From: Emiliania huxleyi CCMP1516
Taxonomy: Eukaryota
NCBI RefSeq assembly: GCF_000372725.1
Contig: NW_005202428.1
Location: forward strand, 1,411,331 to 1,475,330
Reading direction: 5' to 3'
DNA: 64,000 nt
The first letter of the stretch is position 1, and every line of letters starts with the position of its first letter. Shown one piece after another: positions 49,008 to 61,231 of the stretch. The notes beneath the pieces were generated by a model. It did no database searches and was not told where the DNA came from. It worked only from the letters and a program-made list of their open reading frames with translations. A program made the position numbers and the translations under genes.

Positions 49008-51967
49008 ATGTTGCCGCTCGACACAGACAGCGCCGCGCTCGTCGCCCGCGATCGTGTCAGGTCCAGTCGCATGCCGTTGATCGTGCTGGCCGCCGTCGCC
49101 ACCGCGGGCATCCTAGTCATTGCCTCGTCCTCCACCTCGCCACCGCCGGCATCCCTACGAACCAAGGAGGTGTACGAGGCGGAGGCGCCCGAAGAAGAGC
49201 CCGGGGCGCCATGGCTGGCTTCTCTGGCGTCGTTTGCGCAATCGATCGCGACCAAGGTCGTCGAGCTACTGAACCAGCCTGTCGTGTCGCCTGCCGCCCG
49301 CTCGCTGCCCTCATCGGCACCTCCGCTTATTGGCCCCGCTGGAGCCATCCACCGCAACCCGATTGACGAGGGCAGCTACGCCAACTTTGACGAGATCACC
49401 GCGACGCACGTCTCTCTCGATATCACGGTCGACTTCGACTCGCAGACTTTTCGCGGCTCGGTCAGCCACAGCATGGCGTGTGTCAAGCCCGGCTCCACGA
49501 TGGCGATATTTGACTACCAGGGGATGGAGGTGTGTTGCCTCGTTTGTGGAGCACCCCCCCCCCCCCCCGCCGCCGCCGCCACCACCACCACCACAACCAC
49601 CACCACACGGCGCACACACGCACGCACGCAGGCACGCACACGCACGCATGCACACACACACACGTCCGAGGACAAAGGCACGTTGGTCGCATGGCGCCCG
49701 TCGACATGGTGCTAGGTGTACGCCGAGAAGACGAAGGTGTGCAAGCTCAAGGGCTACACCCCAGGCGACAACATGGTTACACTCCAGGCGAAAACTGAGG
49801 GATGCTACTGGCCCGTCGCCGAGCTTAATACCAATCTGAATCCCGACATCGGCAGCGCTGTACTTGTTCACCTCGACGCCCCCTGCCACACGGGCGACGA
49901 GTTCCTGATCACACTCGAATTCGAAACCAACGACGACCAGCAGGCTGCCATGTGGCTGACACCCGACCAGACCGTCGGCAAGAGGCAGCCGTACGTGCTC
50001 ACGCAGTGCGAGAGCATCTATTGCCGGTCGTTCGCGCCGCTGCAGGACACCCCTGCCATCAAGGTGTTAAGAGAGAGAGTAGTAGTGCAGTTTGGTCGCA
50101 GGCCCCCCCGGTCGTCACGGAGCGGCTCCGCGCGGGGAGCTGGGTGGAGGGTGTGCGCCATGCCATCGTGTAGGTGACATACGACGCCTCGGTGACGGTT
50201 CCCAAGGCGCTCACGGCGATGATGAGTGCCAACTCCACCGGCTCTGTGACCGAGGCCGACACCAAGACGTACTACTTCATTTGCAGCATCAAGGTGCCGT
50301 CGTACCTCATCACCATCATCGTCGGAGACGTCGAGTACCGCGCGCTGGACGATGTCGGACGAGTGGGCGTGGTCACCGAGCCCGGGTTCATGGACGCTGT
50401 CGCGGAGGAAATGAGCGACCTTCCCAAGTTCTTCGCCGCTGCGGAGGAGTACCTGACGCCTTACATCTGGGGTACCCGCTCGCGGCTGTGCAGGAAGGTT
50501 GAGGAGAGACCCACGGGACCTGGTGTGGTATTGTAAATAGGCACGTACACCGTCGCCATCCTGCCGCCCTCCTTCCCCTTTGGCGGCATGGAGAACCCGC
50601 TGCTGACGTTTGCCTCGCCGACCCTCATCGTGGGTGACAAGTCGCAGGTCTCCGTTGCCATTCACGAGATCGGCCACAGCTGGTTCGGCAACGAGCTGGG
50701 CTTTGCTCGCTGGGAGGACCTCTGGATCGCCGAGGGCTTCACCGTCTTTGTGGAGCGCAAGGTTCCCACGACAGCGCCACCGGCGGGGGGCGGTGGCGGT
50801 GGGAGTGGCCACTTTCGTGTTATGTCACACCCTGCGCTTGCCGCGCGTCACACCCTGCGCTTGCCGCTAGGTTCCCACCCTGCTCGCGGGGGGAGACATG
50901 GAGGTGGAGAAGGTCGACGCGACCGTCGGGAACCAGTCGCTGCTTGAGACCATGCAAGACTACGGGTCGGCCGAGGGCTCGCCGCCCGAAGCCCTCGACC
51001 ACCCGTACAACGCCCTGGTGCCGGTCCTGGACGACGTGAACCCAGACGACGCCTTCTCGACGGTGACTTGTGCCGCCCTCCCGCTTGACTCGCCTCGCAC
51101 CCTCAAACAGAGCCGCCGCTTCGTAGGTGTGCTACGAATCCGGCTATCAGCTCGTCAAGTACCTCGAGAGCGTCGTCGGCCCAACGTCGTTCCAGGCCTT
51201 CCTTCGCAAGTTCGTCAAGGCCAACTCTCAAACTGCGATTGTGACGCAGGCACGGCAATGCAATCGCCCGCCCGCCGTGGTTAGCTCTACAGCATGTCCT
51301 CTCACTCAACCCGAATTTACCCTCGCCACAGAATGTGGTTGATCAGTACGAAGCCTTTGTTGTGGAGACCTTCCCACCGGAGGAGGCCAGCGCCAAGCTC
51401 GCGACAATCGACTGGAACCGCTGGCTGTACCAGCCCGGCATGCCACCCGCAGAACTCAACAATTTCACCACCAAGTCGGGCAACCTGGCCATAGAGTTAG
51501 CAGATGAGTTCATCGCCCTCGAGGGCCTCTCCCTGCCCAAGGAGTGGGAGAGCTACAACTCTTGGATGAGTGCGCTCAGGCAGATGTTCCTCGACCGCCT
51601 GAACCTCAAGAAGGACGAGGTGACACGGGCAATTCTCGCAAAGATCGACAAGGCGTACGGCCTGACGGCCGCCCTCGACCCAGAGGTCAAGAGCCGCTGG
51701 TACCCCTTCTCGATGAAGATAGGGTATGAGGGCTCTTGCGCCGAAACGGCATCCTGCGGTGAAGGCGCGGCCCCGGGCACCTGCATCATCAACGAAGCCC
51801 ATCTCTTTGCGTCTAGTGTTGGACGGGGGAAATACATCCGGCCCATCTACCAAGCGCTCATGGACACGGGCAACGAGGAGCTGGCCGCAGCGTGGCTGGC
51901 GGAGAATGAGAACTTTTACCACCCCATCACGCTCATCCCTCTGCAGAGGATCGTCGCGCTAGAGTAG
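49008..51967 (+). CDS. LTA4H: Leukotriene A4 hydrolase-like M1 zinc aminopeptidase, multi-exon
   Basis: SYAN..., TQCES..CRS..PLQDTP, PSFPFGGMENP, HEIGHSWFGN...W..EGFT and GRGKYIRPIY. Confidence 0.88.
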
Positions 51968-52482
51968 CGGAGCTCTTGGTCGCTGTGATGTGGTGTCGCG
52001 CGCATCATACAGGCCCAAGGCCAAGCGCGCATATCTGTGTGGCAGATCTGTGCGCACTAGCCGATGCGCACATTTCAGAAAAGTAGCATATGTTTATGTC
52101 CCAACACACCAGTGTGAAGGTAGGGGACCCTGGATTTCTTCTTTCAGTGTGTTTCTTTTTCTCAGGGGGAGTGTGCGTACGTCCCATATGGATTGGTGTG
52201 GTGCGTGACATCGATTGCAGACCGATTGCATCCGGCCACGTCGGGGGTCGAATGAAAAAAAGAATGGTTGCTCCTGCAATTTGAGTGTCAATAATTACGA
52301 ATTGCAGTCTGTGAGATTGTGAATTGCATGACATCACAATGAAAATACACCCAAATGAACTCCCCGCGTCTCGCGCGGAGCACCAAACTCTGAGACTGAC
52401 CGTACGTACACCGGAGCCATGTCACTGGCAGTCACCCCCACCGTCCGCGAGCGTCACAACTCACACCGTATGCACACACTTT

Positions 52483-54597
52483 TCACGTACTGTCGGCCGC
52501 CTTATCAAGGACGGCCGCGAGGTACGCAAGCCGCTGCTGCTGCTGTGGCTGCTGCTGCCGCGCCACCTCGAGATCGGGCGAGGGCGTGGGTGAGCCGGCC
52601 TGGGCGAGGCCATTCCACTCGAGGTACGGCACGGGCGCCACGCGCCAACCGAGAGAGCGCAGCTGGCGCCGCTTGAGCATCGTCCTGCCCGACGGCGCCT
52701 CGCCCACAAAGTGCGACGGCCCGTCGACCTGCGAGGCGCGGAGAGCAAGTGTGGAGACAGCTGGGTTTGAGGGGAGCTAGGTGTAGGTGCAGGTGTGGAG
52801 ACAGCGAGCGGAGGTGAACAGAGCGTGCTGCGAAGAGAGGAGTGTGTGAAGAATAAGTTCGTCGCGCCGTGCCAATCGACGACCCTCGGATCATCTTCGG
52901 CAATCTCGTGAAATCTCGGGCAATCACGTGAAATCTCGGGCAATCTCCACCTCGACGCCCAGCCGCTGGCCGCGCCAGTCGACGACGAAGTCGAGCGAGT
53001 AGCCGCTGCTCAGCTGCACCTCCTCCTCGACCCGCAGCCCGAGCGCAGCGAGACCATCGCCGACGGCACGCTGCAGCGAAGATGCCGTGGCGCTGCCGTC
53101 CTCGAAGGCGGAGTGGCAGCGCTCGAGGAGGCGCGGGCTCGGCATCCCCTCGTGCAGCGCCCGCTCGGCCGCCCAAATGCGCCACTGGTGGAGCTGGCAC
53201 AAGCCGCTCCTGCTAAAGCGCGCCGAGAGCGCCTCGCAGCGCGCGCCGAAGTGCGCGCCGAAGAGCTCGCTCCGCGGGACGTGGTCGAAGACGGCGAAGG
53301 CCCACGCGGCGTTGCACAGCTCCTGGTCGGCGCACTCGTCGAGCCGCGCTGCGAGCGCCTCTGCCACGGCGTCGAGCCGCTCCGCCCGCGGCGCCCCTCC
53401 CGCCGCAGCGATGGCCCAGAGGACGGTGGTGAGGCACGAGGTGGGGTGCCTCTCCGGCGCACTGCCGATCCGGTGCCCGATCGCCTCGTACAGCTCCGGT
53501 GCAGGGTGCGCCACCTCCGCGTACGCCCACGCCAAGTTGGTCAGCCCCTGCGGCGTGAACTCGCCGAGCCGTGGCACCGCCGCCGTCGCGATCGCATCGA
53601 AAAGCGCAGGCGCTGTCGAGACGGCGCTGGTCGGCGCGATCGCAAACGACCAAGCCAGGTTGGAGAGATGCTGCTCGCGGAAGCTGGACAGCCGCGCCGG
53701 CGCCTCGCGCGCGATCGCGTCGAAGAGCGGCCTCGCAGGGTGCCGCGCCGTCGCAAACGCCCACGCAATGTTTGCGACGCCTTGCGGGCTAAAGTCCGGC
53801 AGCCGCCTCGTCGCCTCGGCGGCGAGGGCGTCGAAGAGGCGCGGCGCCGCGTGGCCCGCTGACGCGTACGCCCACGCCGTGTTGGACAGCGCCTGCGTGT
53901 TGAACTCGCCCAGCCGCGGCGCCGCCTCTACCGCGATGGCCTCAAGCAGGGCGGGAGCTGGGTGCCTCGCCGTCGCGTAGGCCCACGCGGTGTTAGAGAG
54001 CGCCTGTGGGCTCATCGCGCGGACGCGGGCGGGCGCCGCCGCCGCGATTGCGTCGAAGAGCTCCGGCGCACGCCGCCGCGCCTTTGCGTAGCTCCAAGCC
54101 GTGTTTGAGGTCGCTTGCGCCTCAAACGACGAGACCTGCGCCAGTGCAGTCCGCTCGGCCGCCAGCCAGAGAGGCTGCCACTCGGCGCCGGAGAGGCGCA
54201 GCTTGGCCAGCGCATGGACCAGATTCGACAGGCCATGGTCTCCCCACTCGCCGACCGACTCGAGCGTCTGCAGCCGCAGCTCGGCGAGCTGCTCCTCAAA
54301 GTCCGGCTCCGCGCGCCCGATACGTCCGAGGCGGCTCCAGCAAGCGGCGAGATTCACCTGGTTGAAGGCGCGGCCGTAGCGCGCGTGCAGCGTCAGCACC
54401 TCCTCGGTGGTACGCGCCCGCTGCAGCGCCACCGTCAGCTGCTTTGGATGCCGAGGGAAGCTGGCTGCTGACGACGGCGAGGCTGCCTGCGCGTTGACGC
54501 TGCTCAAGAAGCGACCCGATCTAGTGACTCGCGTGGACAGCAGCCGCGGCGCGGGTGGCGAGGGAATCGCCAGCGAGAGGAGGCGGCGCATGTGCAT
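52483..54597 (-). CDS. RAP-domain protein with OPR/FASTK-like helical repeats (organellar RNA-binding)
   Basis: Repeated F.PQ.LSN.AWAYA units; RAP motifs GYSLDF, VEVDGPSHF and LKRRQLRSLGWRV..VPY.EW; N-terminus resembles a transit peptide. Confidence 0.88.
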
Positions 54598-54855
54598 GCG
54601 GGGAGCGAGAGAGGCGAGCCCGTGGGAGGCGATCGTCGTCGCACACAAGCGATGGCAGGCACAAGAATTTTACCTCCGACATGCGCTCCAGCAAAGACAC
54701 GCGGGCGACATTCGACGACGTCGGGGACCACTGCCCAGCGCAACATCCCTACCACGACACTAGGCCTCTCGTTTTGTGTACAACAGAAACGCGCGCTGAG
54801 CCAATGCGCACCACAGCGCAAACAGTGTCTAAAATTAGGTGTTACAGTAAAGCTA

Positions 54856-55911
54856 TCAAAGGATCCCATCGCGCCGCTTCTGCTCGAGCAGCAGCTTGTA
54901 GTAGTCCGGCCTCGTCTGCGTCGACAAGCAGCTCCGCGGGGTCATCGAGGCGTGCGCGGTGGGCCGGAGGCCGGTCGCCTCCAGTAGCGCGCTCACTTGC
55001 TGCGTGAGCGTGGCGCCGCCGGCGGAGAGGCCGACGGCAGCGTTCGCGGCGCTCACCGCCTGCGCGAGCGGGAGTTCGGCAGGCAGATGGAGCTCTCTCG
55101 TCAGGAGCTCAATGCTGGCAGCCAGGGTCGGGCTGGCGGCTGAGGGAGGGACTGCCGCCGCAGCGCCCCCGCTCCTCCACTCCGCGACGGCAGCTTGAAA
55201 GGACGCCGCCGCAGCTGCCTCATCGTAGGAGCCCTCGAGGAGCGCTCCGCCACCGCCCCCAGCCTCGGCTCTGTTTGCAAGAGTGCGAGCTGCAGCGGAC
55301 GCACGCGAACTGGAACCACCCCTCCCGGGGTCGGGCGGAGCAAGCAGCTCATCGCGCGTGTCATCGACGCAATCGGAAACAATGGCCGACCCGGGATTCC
55401 AAGAGTACAAAGCCTCGCTTGGGGTACGATTCTGGTTCACGCCATCGCGACCGTCCTCACCTTCAAGAGTCAGGGTTGATGAGCCGAGGGCCCCCTCGAC
55501 GACGAGGGTCTGCGGCCTGCCGCCGGCGCCGCCATCGGCAGCGGTTTGAAGGTCCCACGCGCGTGCTGGCGGGGCTCCTGACGAGGAATCCTCTCGTTCG
55601 TGTCCGCTCGGCCCGGCCGCGAGCACGGCCGAGGCATATGCCTTGGAGTTGAGCGGTCGGTCAGTCCGTGCACTTGCCCAGGTTGCCCCGGTCGGATTGC
55701 AGCTCCTCGCAGCCTCGCTGCGCGACCTGCGAGACAGAAGTTTCGTGGGATGGGTCAGCGTGGGGTTTGAAGCGCAGGGAGAGGCAGATACAGGGTTTTG
55801 AGGGTGCCGTGCAGAGGCCATTCGCTCACGGAGCGCGACTAGCCGCTTCTCCATGAGGAGGACGTCCGCCTTCATCGCGGCCGTCGTCTCGCTTGATGTC
55901 GACCGCATCAT
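54856..55911 (-). CDS. ZBBX-like protein (no B-box evident), probably one intron
   Basis: LLEGSYDEAAAAASFQAAVAEWRSG resembles the conserved ZBBX motif; N-terminal coiled coil MEKRL..LRERM and W.SAR. Confidence 0.45.
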   Translation of the reverse strand: MMRSTSSETTAAMKADVLLMEKRLVALRERMASARHPQNPVSASPCASNPTLTHPTKLLSRRSRSEAARSCNPTGATWASARTDRPLNSKAYASAVLAAGPSGHEREDSSSGAPPARAWDLQTAADGGAGGRPQTLVVEGALGSSTLTLEGEDGRDGVNQNRTPSEALYSWNPGSAIVSDCVDDTRDELLAPPDPGRGGSSSRASAAARTLANRAEAGGGGGALLEGSYDEAAAAASFQAAVAEWRSGGAAAAVPPSAASPTLAASIELLTRELHLPAELPLAQAVSAANAAVGLSAGGATLTQQVSALLEATGLRPTAHASMTPRSCLSTQTRPDYYKLLLEQKRRDGIL

Positions 55912-56157
55912 GGCGGTGGACCGGCGGGAGGCACAGTAGACACACACGTTCGTGAGGTATGGTCGTTACCAGGGTCGTTACGCGCGGGCACAATCATTTA
56001 TTTCCCCCGTATTCCCGTTGCGACGGTGTATCATTCACTTTATGCCACCGTTGCATATCCGATACACCGTCGCACCCGTTGAAAATGAAATTCTTTTTTC
56101 TGCGCTTCAATCACATCAAGTGAGGCGTTGTCTTCGTTTAATCTTAGTAGCACTCCG

Positions 56158-57571
56158 TCAAGGGACCCTGCCGTCGCGCCCTAGCGCGAGCAGCACCTCC
56201 ACTGCGAGGCTGGCTCGACGAGCCGAGAGCCAATGTGAGTTCGCACCCTTGACAAAGACGTCACACACGTCCTCCGCCCAGCCGAGCGCGCCCATGATGG
56301 GGCCTGAGAAAGGCGGCAGCGAGAGCGCGGGCGCCGCCGGCACGCGCCGCCTCATCGCGCCGCCACCGCGGTCGCAAAAGATCGAAGCGTGGCCGAGCCG
56401 ACCGCACCGGCCGCACCGGTACTCGCGACAGCCCGGACCGCCGCAGGCCTCGACGCCGGGCGCATTGACCGTGCCACAGCTGCTGCACGTCCAGCTCGTC
56501 TCGGCGGCGCGAGGCGAGGTCGGCGGCAAGCGTGCCCCCGCTTCCGCCTCCGCCTCCGCCTCCGCTGCTGCCGCCGCGGCCGCGGCCGCTGCCACGACCT
56601 TCATCGCACCCCCCTGCGCCTGAAGCGCCGCGGGGTAAGCGGCGAGGAGCGCCTCGATGCTTGCAGCGCCGCCGCTACGAGAGAGGGGCCTCGCCGGCTC
56701 CGCCTCGTCATCCACCCCCTCGCAACCGGCAGCGCCGGCCGCGTGCTCGAGCACAGCTTCGTGCATGGCGGCGCGCAGCGTGGGTAACGGCGCAACCGCG
56801 TGCAGCAGGTGCCATCGGAAGGTCGAGGACGACGGCCCCTCGTACATCATCTGCATGCGCTCCACCAGCCGAAACTTGGTCTTCTTGCGCTCGTGATGCA
56901 CCATCGGGCGCGGCCTCGTGCGATTGAGCGTCTGCGGCGATCGCAAACCGCTCGCAAACCGGAGCAACTGTGCTGTCAGCTGCACGTTGGAGAGCACAAA
57001 CGGCGGGGCGTCGCCAGCAGCAGGCAGCAGCTCGTGGTGCGAGACTGGACACGGCCGACTGCGCGGGTCGGCGAGCCGCGTGACTATATCATCGAGGCTC
57101 GGCGGAGCCGCCGCCATGGTGCGGCGGTGGAGCCGCAGCGGCAGGGCGCGGCAGACGACGCGACACGCTTGCGCCAGCGAAGAGGACATTTCGTGGCTAG
57201 AGATTGAACACACCTCGTCATACGTGAGCTGTGTCAGCTCATAGAGGGTAAAGAATCCGGTTTGCTGCGCCGGCTGCAGCACGAACCCGTCCTCATTCAC
57301 GAGCACACCGCCCGGGGCCACAACGGCGCGCGTGAAAGAATATGATCGGCGGCTCAGGTTGCCGTGCAGCTGCGGAGCAGCCTGTGGCGCCCCTGTGGAA
57401 GAGCGTCGTGAAGCCGCCCCGCTGGTTCCTCCGCCTCCGGCTCTTGCCGGACCGCTTCCGCTTCTTGTCGCTCGACCCGGAGGCGGGCGAGGCGCTCGGG
57501 TTCTCCACCGACGCGCCCGCCTCCTCCTCGTCCGAGCTGAATGAGGGGTCCGACTGAGTGCTGAGGTCCAT
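56158..57571 (-). CDS. Protein with RanBP2-type zinc finger and CCHC zinc knuckle, spliced
   Basis: WTCSSCGTVN.....C...C and CGRCGRLGHASIFC; first exon MDLSTQ... carries an NLS-like KKRKR. Confidence 0.6.
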
Positions 57572-58029
57572 TGGGGCGCCTGCGCCGACGGGCCCGGTCG
57601 GTAGTCGTCGAATTGAATCTCATTAATTCTCATTGATTATCATTGATTCGTTTTTGCATGTTTTGAAATGCCTTTTACGTTTTTCCAGTGTATTCTCAGT
57701 GTACGTACTTTTAGCGTCTACCGCGTCGAGGTGACCTCGACGTACCAGGCGGAGCAGTACCTCCCCGCGTCGGCTAAGAGTCTCAGGAGATCTAATCTGC
57801 CCGCGTCCTAGAGACTCAGCCTAGAGTTTCAGCCCGGGAGTGAACCAGCCGCGAGAATGCCTAGCCTAGGCGTGGAGGCCCGCGGCTCCTCGGAAACTCC
57901 GACCTTCACCCGCGTGCCTTCCTGCCGCGAGGACCCTGCTGGCTCCTCCGCGTCGGCCTGCAACCCTACTCGTCCGATGCGAAGAAGAATTCCGAAGGGC
58001 AAGATTTTGCGTATACAGACCTGGGCGAA

Positions 58030-58717
58030 ACAACGACACGACCCAGGCACGAGCAGAGGAACGAGAGAAGAATATAGGGTGGATAAAGCGACTGTTCACG
58101 GCATGGAAGGTGAGCCACACCGAACGTACCGAACGTAGAGCCGAGCGGAAGGAAGCCGGGGAAGACGACTCAGAGGAGGATGAACCAGTGGAGATCCCGT
58201 CGTCAGCTGTCACGATGCACCCGAAGGGGACCCCAGCGCCAGCATCATCCGTGAAGGCACAAGTGTTCGAAGAGAGAGTGGACCTGAGCAACGACATGAC
58301 TGGGTGGCAAATGATCGCAGTGGGCGTCAGAAGACTTGTCCTTGCGCGAGGAGAGCTCGATAGACTCGAGGGGCCAGGATACGCCGCGAGGAGGACGGAG
58401 TTGCGCCGAAAGGCGAAAGAAGCCGCGAGAACAAGGGACCGGCAGGCGGCGGCGGCGTCGCAGAACGAGACAGGGGAGAGCGACGCGACAGAGGAAGAAG
58501 CGACAAGGGAGAGCACGACGAGAAGGGGGCGACCGCGAGGTGGCACGAAGGTCGCGGCGAGAATCGGCGAGAGACTGCGAAGGGAGATAGGAAGAGGCGG
58601 ACGCCCAAGGGTGGGCGACGGCTAGCGCATCACACCCCTCTCCTTAAAATCCCTGTGCGGTGGCGGCGTGCCGTCCTCCCATCCCTTGTCCGTTTTCTTT
58701 CTTTCTTTTCTTTCTTT
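58030..58717 (+). mobile_element. Longest copy of the (TTTC)n-tailed retroelement 3' end
   Basis: ORF 58110-58625 ends PRVGDG*, with the same 3' UTR and tttc tail as 39068-39590. Confidence 0.75.
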
Positions 58718-59827
58718 GCCCAGACCGGAAACTCGAGCGAGCCCAGGCAGGCCCGGGACGCTCCTCTCCACCGTGATGCTCCTCGCCATCATCGTCACCA
58801 CGACGCTTTCCTCCCACTGTGATTCTGTGTGAGCTCTGTGTCTTGATTTGCCAACAACAAACCTAAAACGACGTGTCAGCTGCGGACGGGCGTCGCCCGC
58901 GACAACCGACATGCGCACGTAGCGGCCCGACACAACTTTCAAACGCTCTGCAAGCCGCGGGCGGCTCCAACTGTCAAAGTGTCGTCTCGCATCGCCGGTA
59001 TGTTTTCCCCCCCCCCCCCCCCCCCACTCCCCATCGAGACTGAGCCCCCGGTGAGCACGGGCTGCGGCGCGACCCTTGCCGTCCCCGCGCACGCAGGTCA
59101 CCATGGCTGCAGAGCTGCTTTGTCGTGCGCACTCGAGCAGCGCGCAACGGTCGCGCCCACCTGTCACCTCGCCTCGCCGGCTGCATCCCGCTCGCGGCGG
59201 TCGCCACCATCCCTGGGTCACCGCCACTGCCCCTGTCCCTGCCGCCGCCGTCGCCGTCCGATTCCTCCCCGCCGCCCGGCCTGATCCGCGGCGTGCAACG
59301 CCCCCCACGCACAAACATGGGCACACACCTCGGCATCGCCGACCCCCCTCCCCCTGCCTCCGCCGCCGCCCTCTCGAGCCCTCTCCCTGTCGCCCCCGCT
59401 TCCACCCACACTTGCTTTACTGCCGACTCCAAGCGGGAGGCAGCAAAAGCACGCAGACAGAACCCTGAGAACGTCGCCATCGTGTAGCAGGCAGGCCTGG
59501 CTAGCCGCGTGTTGGGGAGTAGTGTTTGTGTGTGTGGTGTGTACGCGCTCTCTCTCCACTCGTCAGAGTGTAAAGTCTGTTCTGTATATAGTGCGGAGTG
59601 AGCAGCGCAAAAAACAACTGAAAAACCTCGAAGCCAGAGAGCCCTCCCCCTACTGTTTCCGCAAAGGAGAATTTCCGCGCGCTTCCGCTCTCACGAAGGA
59701 ACGTAGCGGGAAAGTCGCGCCCTCCTCTGGCGCTTGTGCCTCTCACAGCTGGACCGACGTGTTGCCGTCGAATCGAAGTAAAACCCGCACCCCACCCCGG
59801 GAAGGAACAGACGAGACTGACTGGGCG

Positions 59828-60592
59828 TCATCTCTTGTACGACATCACGTAGTCCTGAAAGCTAAGCGGCGCGCCGTTTTCCGCGCCAAAAGCGTCGAAG
59901 CGTTCCCGCAGGTCCTCCTCCGTGAGTGCAGAGGCGTCTCGCCGCCGCTCCAGCTCGCAGAAGCGCTCAAAGCTCAGCGCGTCGTGCTCTGCCGAGCGAG
60001 ACGTTACGCTCGGCGGCCTGTCCCCGGCTGACTCTGCGAAGCGGCTGGCGTCCAGTGGCGGGGGGCGCGCAACCGCGCCGGCGGCGGCCAGCGGCGGAGA
60101 TTGCGCAGTCACGCCGGCGTCAACCTCCCTGGCCGCAGCTCCGTCGCAGAACCCCGTTGACGCCATAACGCCAACCATCCGTGAAACAGGGTGAGGGTCC
60201 CAGTCGAAGCTCATCTGCAAAGCTGCGACGAGCGCAGGGCCCGCCGCCGCCTTTGAAGACAGCGGGTCAAGGCCGCACCACCAACGGCGTCCAGGCAGCA
60301 GGGTGTTGAGCGGCAGAGAGGCGGCGTATGCGGCGATGCCGTCAGAAAGGAGCTCCACGTGTAGTGAATCCATCGACGTCTCTACGAGTCCGTCGAAGAC
60401 GAAACCGCTGCCGCCAGCTACCGCTGGCGGCGTCGAGCCAAGCTGACCGGATAGCGTGAGGCGGAGCGCCATGCTCGCCGAGGCCGGTGGTGCAGAGGCC
60501 AGCCGCAGCGCGTGCATACGCACAGTGAGGTGCGCACGCACGCCCGGTTCTGCTCTCTCTCGCGGGGACGGTGAGCCGTGCTCCTCGCGCAT
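59828..60592 (-). CDS. Hypothetical protein with degenerate C2-like and EF-hand-like regions
   Basis: Beta-rich LTVRMH/LHVELL/WWCGL segment; DALSFERF...LRERFDAF......LSFQDY. Confidence 0.45.
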   Translation of the reverse strand: MREEHGSPSPRERAEPGVRAHLTVRMHALRLASAPPASASMALRLTLSGQLGSTPPAVAGGSGFVFDGLVETSMDSLHVELLSDGIAAYAASLPLNTLLPGRRWWCGLDPLSSKAAAGPALVAALQMSFDWDPHPVSRMVGVMASTGFCDGAAAREVDAGVTAQSPPLAAAGAVARPPPLDASRFAESAGDRPPSVTSRSAEHDALSFERFCELERRRDASALTEEDLRERFDAFGAENGAPLSFQDYVMSYKR

Positions 60593-60918
60593 GGCAATGC
60601 CGCGAAACGGGGGGCCGGCGCTGGTGTTCTGTGCTTCGCTCGGCGGGCGCCTCGGCGAAGCCGCGTCCGAGCAGTTTATTTGCTCCTTTAATAGTGCCAG
60701 CGCGCCGCGAGAGTTCCTGTTCTTTTTTGTGTGTTTGCGAAGCCTGCCCTTGCCGCAGTCACACACACACTGCACCGCACCCCGCGCCCGCACCTTGGGT
60801 GTGACCATCGATGCACTAATAAAACACGCGCCCCAGACAAACTGCCCAAGCGTCCGAAAAAGAATTAGCTCTTCTTGCCCCAGCACGCGCGTGGAGCAAC
60901 TTGCCATTGTGAGTTGCG

Positions 60919-61200
60919 ATGGCCGACGACGAGAGCGAGGGAGAGAGCGAGAACGAGGTCACGTACTGGGACGAGCGCGCGGGCGAAGACGAAAACTACC
61001 TGGGGGACGGCGCCTTCCGGGTGGAGCAGGTGCGCGGCCGGCGGAGGGGCCGGTCTGGAGGCATCGAGTATCTGATCAAGTGGGAGGGCTACGCCTCGGA
61101 AGAGAACACGTGGGAGCCGGTCGAGAACGTGTCGGACGACCTCATCGCCGAGTGGCGCGAGCGCGACGCCGCGCAGCGCGCGGCTGATGAGGAGAAGCGC

Positions 61201-61231
<31 letters not shown>

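Noticed and set aside
56158..57633. Retrotransposon gag (zinc knuckle)
   Set aside because: It appears spliced, has a RanBP2 finger, and has no adjoining pol or LTR, so it is more likely a host gene.
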